Source of the DNA: Macrostomum lignano
Lineage: Eukaryota
NCBI GenBank assembly: GCA_002269645.1
Contig: NIVC01003525.1
Span: 1-56,051, forward strand
Direction of reading: 5' to 3'
DNA length: 56,051 bases
Below, piece after piece: positions 47,375 to 56,051 of this stretch. The notes beneath the pieces were generated by a model that was not told the DNA's origin, made no database searches, and worked only from the letters and a program-made list of their open reading frames with translations. The first letter of the stretch is position 1. Each line of letters opens with the position of its first letter. The translations under genes were made by a program, and so were the position numbers.

Positions 47375-50300
47375 GACTGACTGTCTGTCTTAGTGTCTGT
47401 CTCTGTCTGTCTGTCTGCCTGCCTGTCTTAATGTCTGTCTTAGTGTCTGTCTGTCTGTCTGTCTGACTGACTTAGTGTCTGTCTGTCTGTCTGCCTTAGT
47501 GTCTGTCTGTCTGTCTCTGCCTTAGTGTCTGTCTGTCTGTCTGTCTGTCTTAGTGTCTGTCTGTCCGTCTTATCTGTCTATGTGTCCTTTTGTCTGTCTG
47601 TAACGATATTTCAGCAAAAATGCTTAAAGGAAATGTCTGCGCGTGTGACTAAATTAAAAAAAAAACTGTTTACCATGGCGACAGCCTTGTTCAGCTGCTT
47701 GCTAATATTCAGGCATCTGTTCTGCCTTGATACGGCTGACACTCTAGCACAAAGGCAGGCTTATCCTGCGTATAGAATGAAAATCTGGCGATATTCCTGC
47801 TCGCATCCTAGCAACAATGCGCTGCTTTGTCCTGCTGTTCAGCACCCACCGATGCCTTCGCCTGATTGCGTCAGAAATTCAGCTCAAAGCTCCCTGTTTT
47901 AAAATTGCATTTTTGCTTTTAACTAAAAGGAGAAAAATATTGAGTGAAAACAGAATGGAGTAATTGGTTGCCATGGTTACTGGAATTCAATCCAGCTGTC
48001 GCTTTTTATCTGCTTTTGGGAAATTTGTCTGTCTGCTTTTCCGGGTGTTTATTCTTGTTTGCCAATGTGTATTTGTGTCTGCCTATGTGTCCAACTCTGT
48101 CTGCCATTGTGTCCATCTGTGTCTGCCAATGTGTCCATCTGTGTCTGCCATTGTGTCCATCTGTGTCTGCCATTGTGTCCATCTGTGTTTGCCAATGTGT
48201 CCATCTGTGTCTGCCAATGTGTCCATCTCTGTCTGCCAATGTGTCCATCTGTGTCTGCCAATGTGTCCATCTGTCTGCCGATGTGTCTTCTTTCTTGTGA
48301 ATGTGTCCACAGCCTGTCCACCTGTGAGTATTTGTGTCCATGCTACGCAGCCTACATGCCCGCATCCCCTCCATCCCCCAGCGCGCCCCCCTCGCCGAGC
48401 TGCTGTACGTGGCGGACAACCTGGCCTCTTTTCCCTACCAAGTGGCCGAGGAGCCGCTGTTCCTGATCCACCACCTGGACCTGCTGGTGTCCGTGGCCGG
48501 CTCCACCCTGTTAACTAGCATCAAGGACTACTTGGGCTTCGCACCTGGAACGGAACTGCCTGACGGCTGCACGCCGGAGATGCTGGCCACCAGGATTCCG
48601 GCGCACACGGCTCCAGTTGAGGACTACCTGCTCCACAGCCGGGGCATTGCGCTGCTCCTGTCGCTGAAGCAGTACCTCAAGGAGCTGTACGGAATTAGCG
48701 ACTCCAAGGTGCAAAACTACTCGCCCTCCGACTCGGCCAAGACCTGGGAGAAGCCGCTCAATCGCCGGTCGATCCCCGGCTTCCGGCCGCAGCGCTGCCT
48801 TGACTACCTGGCCTCCGAGTCGGTCAGGCCAACCACCGTGAAATTGGCCGCCGACATTCTCGACTTTGAGGATCTCATGCTCACCATTGATCCCAATGAT
48901 GCTGGCGGGGCCAGCGGAGATGAGGAGGGCGGCGGCGGTGGTGGCGGTAGAGCTGCTGCCGGCACCTCATCAGCTGGGCTGCTCAGCGGAGACACCGTGT
49001 CTGCCAAGCAGCTGCCCTACCACCCGGCTGTGCAGCGGGGCTTGGATCTGAAAGTGCAGCTCACCAGAATTGGTCAGTTTGGGGCTCGATTCTCACTGTG
49101 TAGATTGATAGTCCTACCTTTGTCACTCCTAATTGCTCATTCTGTAGGATTTTCACTCTTTATTGCTCATTCTGTAGGATTGTCACTCCTAATTGCTCAT
49201 TCTGTAGGATTTTCACTCTTTATTGCTCATTCTGTAGGATTGTCACTCTTTGTTGCTCTTTCTGTAGGATTGTCACTCTTTGTTGCTCATTCTGTAGGAT
49301 TGTCACTCTTAATTGCTCATTCTGTAGGATTGTCACTCTTTGTTGCTCATTCTGTAGGATTGTCACTCCTAATTGCTCATTCTGTAGGATTGTCACTCTT
49401 TGTTGCTCATTCTGTAGGATTGTCACTCCTAATTGCTCATTCTGTAGGATTGTCACTCTTTGTTGCTCATTCTGTAGGATTGTCACTCCTAATTGCTCAT
49501 TCTGTAGGATTGTCACTCTTTGTTGCTCATTCTGTAGGATTGTCACTCTTGGTCACTCTAGACAAATTTCACTCTTACTTAGTAACTCGTAGGCAATGTC
49601 ACTCTTTAGAGTCTTAGGAATGGCTCTCCCTGCGTAATGATTCCATTCTTACTATAGCATTCACTCTCATCCAGTCACTCCCAGAGAGTGAATGACTGTC
49701 TCTCTGTTTGCCGTGCGTGCAGCAGCCACCCAACCGCATCGCCATAATTTCATTTCCAGACAGCGGAATGGCGGGTCCGGCAGGCCTTCAATCAGAGGCT
49801 GCGGATGAGGCGGCGGTGCCGGTGCCTGTCGACGATGACGGAGCGAACAGCGATGCCAGCAGCCAGGTGAGTCACGGTGCGGTGTGGGACATACTTGGGC
49901 TGGGCCAACTTCTCAGATCCTCAGTTGCTGGGCCAGCCTCCCAGATCCTCAGTTGCTGGGCCAGCCTCCCAGATCCTCAGTTGCTGGGCCAGCCTCCCAG
50001 ATCCTCAGTTGCTGGGCCAGCCTCCCAGATCCTCAGTTGCTGGGCCAGCCTCCCAGATCCTCAGTTGCTGGCCAGCCTCCCAGATCCTCAGTTTCTGGGC
50101 CAGCCTCCCAGACCCTCAGTTGCTGGGCCAGCCTCCCAGATCCTCAGTTGCTGGGCCAGCCTCCCAGATCCTCAGTTTCTGGGCCAGCCTCCCAGATCCT
50201 CAGTTTCTGGGCCAGCCTCCCAGATCCTCAGTTTCTGGGCCAGCCTCCCAGATCCCTGTCTCCCCTCGCAGCCCCTACAGTTCAGTCCCTCCGCCCATCC

Positions 50301-50452
50301 CACAGGGGCCCCGCATCAAGATGCCGAAGCAGCGGAAGCGCCGCCCAGCTGCCAGATCTGGCGCCGGCGCCCGTCGCAAGCGCAAGGCCTCGGTGTCCGA
50401 AGAGTCCGAGGACAGTCCGTCCAGCGATGATTCCGACTCTCTGTCGGACTGA
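32099..50452 (+). CDS. NIPBL: Nipped-B-like cohesin loader (NIPBL/Scc2/Mis4), 10 exons, ~2327 aa
   Basis: Exons 32099-32159, 32781-34820, 36339-36739, 37609-38373, 39944-41242, 42656-43660, 45334-45747, 48382-49072, 49760-49866, 50252-50452; total 6984 nt, in frame. N-terminal IPIQSLAGITSLTDILPELPLP (MAU2-binding end). HEAT-region motifs RLWRELCMERV..MTSPGMPKQVFVEDVIER, VNKPEWPAAE, VRTKAIKCL, LDTGISVRKRVIKI, QGLIHPV, LYVADNLASFPYQ..EEPLF. The last-exon acceptor was chosen by frame. Confidence 0.95.
32420..32680. repeat. ~36-bp degenerate minisatellite in NIPBL intron 1
   Basis: Repeated GGAATCCCAGCCAC(T/C)(T/C)ATAATCCCG..ATTCCCCATG. Confidence 0.85.
34878..35225. repeat. 21-bp minisatellite in NIPBL intron 2
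   Basis: Units like TGTCAGTTTT(G/A)GCGCC(GA/AT)TCTGA. Confidence 0.9.
36790..37530. repeat. 22-24-bp GT-rich minisatellite in NIPBL intron 3
   Basis: Units GTGTCTTTGTATCTGGTG(T/C)CT(GT)n. Confidence 0.95.
38465..39890. repeat. ~31-bp minisatellite in NIPBL intron 4
   Basis: Units TGTCTGTAGCTTGATAATTACAGCCAATTAAG. Confidence 0.95.
41320..42565. repeat. 20-bp purine-rich minisatellite in NIPBL intron 5
   Basis: Units TAGATTGAAGGGTGAGAGG(C/G). Confidence 0.95.
43790..45295. repeat. ~22-bp AC-rich minisatellite in NIPBL intron 6
   Basis: Units AAACCC(C/T)AT(C/A)AAAAA(T/C)CGCC(C/T)TC. Confidence 0.95.
45773..47575. repeat. (GTCT)n compound microsatellite in NIPBL intron 7
   Basis: GTCT/GCCT/GACT units with TTAGT interruptions; internal ~850-bp duplication. 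Confidence 0.95.
48095..48280. repeat. 22-bp minisatellite near the end of NIPBL intron 7
   Basis: Units GTGTCCATCTGTGTCTGCCA(A/T)T. Confidence 0.9.
49115..49550. repeat. 30-bp minisatellite (alternating variants) in NIPBL intron 8
   Basis: Units TTGCTCATTCTGTAGGATTGTCACTC followed by CTAA or TTTG. Confidence 0.9.
49905..50251. repeat. 28-bp minisatellite in NIPBL intron 9, running into the 3' splice site
   Basis: Units GGGCCAGCCTCCCAGATCCTCAGTT(G/T)CT. Confidence 0.95.
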
Positions 50453-51169
50453 GCAGTGGCGAAGTCAGTATTTTTCAAAGCAGAAGCAGCAACTCCCAGC
50501 GGCATTATGCAGAAGCAATACAGTTTAAATAAGCCGGGTTGTTAAATTACGAGTAATTCTATAATAGCAAATTTGTTTTGATTTTTCTAACAATTTTCAG
50601 TCTCCTTACCCAATTGCAATGCCTAATTAGGTTTTCTAGTGTAGCTTCGCTTGTATCTTTGCTTGTTTATAATTTCCTGTCTTTGAGCACAGTTGAGCAA
50701 CTATTTGTTCTTATCTAACTTATTCGTGTACAGCCAGAATTTAACAGTGCGATAGGAAAAGTACATGTCCTGCTTTTGTGTCCCTTTATTTTCTGCCTTT
50801 GCACTCTGACACCAATTTTTCTCCTGTAAATAATCAAATTTTATTATTATATACCAGTTCTCCCGCGGCACTGCTCTGCCTCGTGTGCTTCTACCTAGCA
50901 GAGAGACAGCTCTTTTGTCAAAGAGAAGAATCAAGAAATTCTTTATTAGCAAGATGTTCTCACAACACACCATTTTTAGTCTTCGTGGCGTCCGTTGTTT
51001 GCACAAAATAGTTGTCGCTTAGTTCGTTCGATGTTGTTCAATTGCTGTACGCTTGCTGGCTTTGCTTTTCTCTTTGTGTGCCGTCTTGGCTCAGGGGCTT
51101 TGGTGATTCAGTTATTGGGAATGCCAGTCGAACTTTTGAGGCTTTGTCATTGTCACAGAATCTCGAAAA

Positions 51170-51700
51170 CATCTCAAATCCTAGGTTGCTGGCCCACCCT
51201 CCCAGATCCTCAGTTGCTGCGCCACCAGACTCCCAGATCCTCAGTTGCTGGGCCACTAGACTCCCAGATCCTCAGTTGCTGCGCCACCAGACTCCCAGAT
51301 CCTCAGTTGCTGGGACACCAGACTCCCAGATCCTCAGTTGCTGCGCCACCAGACTCCCAGATCCTCAGTTGCTGCGCCACCAGACACCCAGATCCTCAGT
51401 TGCTGGCCACTAGACTCCCAGATCCTCAGTTGCTGGGACACCAGCCTCCCAGAGTGTCAGTTGCTGGGCCAGCCTCCCAGACCCTCAGTTGCTGGGACAC
51501 CAGCCTCCAGAGTGTCAGTTGCTGGGACACCAGCCTCCCAGACCCTCAGTTGCTGGGCCACCAGCCTCCCAGATCCTCAGTTGCTGGGCCAGCCTCCCAG
51601 ATCCTCAGTTGCTGGGCCAACAGCCTTCCAGATCCTCAGTTTCTGGGACACCGCCCTCCCAGATCCCTAGCTGCTGGGCCAATTTCCCAGATCCTCATGC
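51170..51700. repeat. ~31-34-bp minisatellite related to the intron 9 unit, downstream of the NIPBL stop
   Basis: Units CTCCCAGATCCTCAGTTGCTG(C/G)G(C/A)CAC(C/T)AG. Confidence 0.9.
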
Positions 51701-52214
51701 TCTCATGCCAGCAACAGTCTTAAGTGTCACGTGACGCCCCAGTCTCATAAAGGTCTGGTTATCAGCTATGCGAGTCGCAGCATCTCGTGTCCCAGCCTTG
51801 GCTTTGCTCGCTGTTTTGCTGGACGCAGAGGTTTTAAATTGTGCGCGCAATTTTTTCATTGCAATGATGTTTCTCCTGTTTCCGTTTTCTGTTCTCTTCT
51901 GCGTCCAGTTTTATTACCTGAAGTTTTAATTCAGTTTCCTAAAGAGACTTCTCATCGTCATAATCGTATTAATTATTGCATAATTGGCCCATCTATAAAT
52001 TAATCGTTAAATGTGTTGCTTTATAAAATACTGCGAATCAGTTGTTGTTGGCTTACCTTACAGTGTGTTAAATATATCTATAAATTGCTTATATTGCTAT
52101 TTATATTATTCCCTACTATTGTCTGCACAGACCCTTTCAAAATATTTAGACCGATTTCGATTTCTCAAAGTTTTTGTGTCTTTTCCCAAAGAGTTTTTTA
52201 AGTGCTTTGTGACT

Positions 52215-53648
52215 GCACTTCTGTCACTGTGTGCTTGAGTGACTGTGCACTTCTGTCACTACGTGCGTGTGACTGTGCACTTCTGTCACTACGTGCGTGT
52301 GTGACTGTGCACTTCTGTCACTGTGTACTTGAGTGACTGTGCACTTCTGTCACTGTGTGCTTGAGTGACTGTGCTTCTGTCACTGTTTGCTTAAGTGACT
52401 GTGCACTTCTGTCACTGTGTGCTTAAGTGACTGTGCTTCTGTCACTGTGTGCTTGAGTGACTGTGCACTTCTGTCACTGTGTGCTTGAGTGACTGTGCAC
52501 TTCTGTCACTGTGTGCTTGAGTGACTGTGCACTTCTGTCACTGTGCGTGTGTGACTGCACTTCTGTCACTGTGTGCTTGAGTGACTGTGCACTTCTGTCA
52601 CTGTGTGCGTGTGTGACTGTGCACTTCTGTCACTGTGTGCGTGTGTGACTGTGCACTTCTGTCACTGTGTGCGTGTGTGACTGTGCACTTTTGTCACTGT
52701 GTGCGTGTGTGACTGTGCACTTCTGTCACTGTGTGACTGTGCAATTCTGTCACTGTGTGACTGTGCAATTCTGTCACTGTGTGCTTGAGTGACTGCACTT
52801 CTGCCACTGTGTGCGTGTGTGACTGTGCACTTCTGTCACTGTGTGCTTGAGTGACTGTGCACTTCTGTCACTGTGTGCTTGAGTGACTGTGCTTCTGTCA
52901 CTGTTTGCTTAAGTGACTGTGCACTTCTGTCACTGTGTGCTTAAGTGACTGTGCTTCTGTCACTGTGTGCTTGAGTGACTGTGCACTTCTGTCACTGTGT
53001 GCTTGAGTGACTGTGCACTTCTGTCACTGTGTGCTTGAGTGACTGTGCACTTCTGTCACTGTGCGTGTGTGACTGCACTTCTGTCACTGTGTGCTTGAGT
53101 GACTGTGCACTTCTGTCACTACGTGCGTGTGTGACTGTGCACTTCTGTCACTACGTGCGTGTGTGACTGTGCACTTCTCTCACTGTGTACTTGAGTGACT
53201 GTGCACTTCTGTCACTGTGTGCCTAAGTGACTGTGCTTCTGTCACTGTGTGCTTGAGTGACTGTGCACTTCTGTCACTGTGTGCTTGAGTGACTGTGCAC
53301 TTCTGTCACTGCGCGTGTGTGACTGCACTTCTGTCACTGTGTGCTTGAGTGACTGTGCACTTCTGTCACTGTGTGCGTGTGTGACTGTGCACTTCTGTCA
53401 CTGTGTGCTTGAGTGACTGTGCACTTCTGTCACTGTGTGCGTGTGTGACTGTGCACTTCTGTCACTGTGTGCGTGTGTGACTGTGCACTTCTGTCACTGG
53501 TGCGTGTGTGACGTACAATTCTGTCACTGTGTGCTTGAGTGACTGCACTTCTGTCACTGTGTGCTTAAGTGACTGTGCACTTCTGTCACTGTGTGCGTGT
53601 GTGACTGTGCACTTCTGTCACTGTGTGCTTGAGTGACTGCACTTCTGC
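52215..53648. repeat. ~33-bp minisatellite with internal inverted repeat
   Basis: Units GAGTGACTGTGCACTTCTGTCACTGTGTGCTT; AGTGAC and GTCACT are reverse complements. Confidence 0.95.
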
Positions 53649-53649
53649 G

Positions 53650-53921
53650 CAGATACACAGACTCACGCAGGGTGTACAGCGGCACTGACTTTTTCTAATC
53701 GTCAGGCATGTGCACTCTTGGGGGGTCCTCTAGGCTGTGAATCGCACGACACCTCCCCCGGGCCAATTCTCGTGCACACAAGCCCCAAATGAACGTTGCC
53801 GCTCACAGGAACTTGACGAATCGCATCCGGAGGGTTTCAGTGTGGTCGCGCTTGGAATCGAACTCAGGGACTCCAGCAAGTGATTCGGGCACGATGCCTC
53901 AACGATACTCGGCTATCTGCC
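53650..53921 (-). mobile_element. tRNA-derived SINE
   Basis: Minus-strand head GGCAGATAGCCGAGTATCGTTGAGGCA..GAGTTCGATTCCAAGCGCGACCA with A-box-like TAGCCGAGTATCG and B-box GAGTTCGATTCC (53854-53865), followed by ~200 bp of non-tRNA body. The 3' boundary is approximate. Confidence 0.7.
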
Positions 53922-53939
53922 TATCTAACACCTAGGCAG

Positions 53940-54300
53940 TTCACATCCCACTCTACCCAACCTCCCACTCTACCCCACCTCCCAATCTACCCCACCTCCC
54001 AATCTACCACCTCCCACTCTACCCACCTCCCACTCTACCCCACCTCCCACTCTACCCCACCTCCCAATCTACCCACCTCCCAATCTACCCCACCTCCCAC
54101 TCTACCCCACCTCCCAATCTACCCCACCTCCCAATCTACCCCACCTCCCACTCTATCCCACCTCCTACTCTACCCCACCTCCCACTCTACCCCACCTCCC
54201 ACTCTACCCCACCTCCCACTCTACCTCGCCTCCCACTCTACCCTACCTCCCACTGTACCCCACCTCTCACTCTACCCCACCTCCCACTCTACCCTAACTC
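53940..54300. repeat. 17-bp C-rich minisatellite (CCCA(C/A)TCTACCCCACCT)n
   Basis: Direct reading of units; the opposite strand is G-run rich. Confidence 0.95.
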
Positions 54301-54659
54301 TTACTCTACCAATCTATCTTTCTATATAATATTTTCCCACTTATTAGTGTTGCTAATGCGCAACCATAATCGCCTGACTTTCGCTTTTGATTGACTTAAT
54401 AGGCGGTGTATTGACTTACATTAGTGCGGCATGCACCCACTCCCACACACCCCTCCGCACCACTGCATTGTGTGTAGCGCTCAGATCGAGATTAATGCAA
54501 GATAGGATTAGGCTTGCATAGCGATGACCATCGGATCTCTGCTGCGAGTCGTAAAATAGCTATTGGCTTACAATGCATATGAATAGCTCACTCAGCTATG
54601 ACGGGGCAATGGCATCTCAGTCTTTACTTTTGTCGTTCAGTTTGAAAATTTTGGTTTGA

Positions 54660-55205
54660 TTCTGGCGCCACCCCAGATTGTAGGGTCTGACTCTGGCGCC
54701 ACCCTAGACTGTAGGGTCTGATTCTGGCGCCACCCTAGACTGTATGGTCTGATTCTGGCGCCACCTCAGACGGTAGGGTCTGACTCTGGCGCCACCCTAG
54801 ACTGTAGGGTCTGATTCTGGCGCCACCTCAGACGGTAGGGTCTGATTCTGGCGCCACCCCAGATTGTCTGACTCTGGCGCCACCCTAGACTGTAGGGTCT
54901 GATTCTGGCGCCACCCTAGACTGCATGGTCTGATTCTGGCACCACCTCAGACAGTAGGGTCTGACTGGCGCCACCCTCATTCTGGCGCCACCTCAGACTG
55001 TAGGGTCTGATTCTGGCGCCACCCTAGACTGTATGGTCTGATTCTGGCGCCACCCTAGACTGTGTCTTCTCGCCACCCTAGACTGTAGGGTCTGATTCTG
55101 GCGCCACCTCAGACGGTAAGGTCTGATTCTGGCGCCACCTCAAACGGTAGGGTCTGATTCTGGCGCCACCTCAGACAGTAGGGTCTGACTCTGGCGCCAC
55201 CCCAG
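54660..55205. repeat. 31-bp minisatellite (CTGATTCTGGCGCCACCCTAGACTGTAGGGT)n
   Basis: About 17 units visible. Confidence 0.95.
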
Positions 55206-56051
55206 ACAAAACTGCTAGCTAATACATGCATCGAGTCAGGCTGATCATAGACACAGGCCCAGAGAGGTCACGGGTGACAGGGGAGAATTTTCTGTTCCCA
55301 TGAAGCAATCCCCAATTCGCACGCTATTGGGCGAAGATCCCAGAGATTTAGCCGCAACTCACCCCACCTCCTAAGGATCCCAGGATTGGGATTTGGTATT
55401 AGCTATAGGATATCTGGGCGCTCAACACACAAGCTCTGTGGTGTGCAGCCTTTTTCATTGCTGAGCTCTATCGGAAAGATCTACTCTCTCTCTCTTTACC
55501 CCTGAAATCTCAGTACCCATAATAGGAATTGTATATAGGAATTGTAAACAGCGCCCGCTGATCCAATCGCTGCCCCCGTATCCGCGATTTGCTGCTGGAC
55601 CTGCGATTGTTTCTCTCATTGTTGCTAGGGCTGCATCAGTCCGGGATAAAATATGATTATTCTACAGCTGTTTGCCTCCCCTGCCGCAGCTCATAGGGCC
55701 TGTTTAAACAGAATCTGCTTTTTAGAAGAGAGCAAGAGACAGAGATATAGAGACAGCAAGCAGCAATAAATTTGAAAAGAGAAACGGCAGCCTCAGAACT
55801 GAAGTGGACAGAAGTGAGACCAAGCAAACTTCATCCAGCGCCCTCCATCGCCCTATCCATATCGCACGCATTACTGCGTGTATTGCAGTTCTTTCAGTGC
55901 ATTGCCAGCTTATTTAAAGCCCCACACCAAATAAGGCGGGGCAACAGCGGAGACTCGCTCGGACAGACAGAGAAAAAGAAAGAATAAACGGGTGCGTGAG
56001 TTAAACGAGTTTGCCGCACTGTATGAGTCTGAGAACGCCCCCCCCCGACCA

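Noticed and set aside
53840-53921. Functional tRNA gene
   Set aside because: A and B boxes are present, but I could not fold a proper acceptor or anticodon stem, and a long body follows, which fits a SINE head.

Overview
Eukaryotic (metazoan) genomic DNA with GT-AG spliceosomal genes and many repeats. The style suggests a flatworm such as Macrostomum, but this is inference and cannot be proven from the window. Left to right: (1) a 13-exon minus-strand perlecan-like secreted protein gene, ~2.06-8.6 kb (6 Ig, 3 LDLa, Ig, laminin-EGF, laminin IV/B). (2) A dispersed repeat family carrying a CCAAT/TATA promoter, plus two hAT-type MITEs with 8-bp TSDs. (3) A CACTA/EnSpm (CMC) DNA transposon region, ~13.8-22.9 kb, with an apparently intact 6-exon DDE transposase and a second gene encoding B-box zinc finger, coiled coil and BEN domain. 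(4) A degenerate ~60-bp 28S rDNA fragment spanning the R2 target site. (5) A Mutator-like non-autonomous element (9-bp TSD) containing one APE-RT-RNaseH LINE with a twin-priming-type 5' inversion and a 12-bp TSD. (6) A complete 10-exon NIPBL/Nipped-B/Scc2 gene, 32.1-50.5 kb (~2327 aa), in which each of the nine introns holds its own tandem array. (7) Further minisatellites and a tRNA-derived SINE. All exon coordinates were read by hand from splice consensus and frame continuity. No CRISPR, complete rRNA gene or intact tRNA gene is supported.
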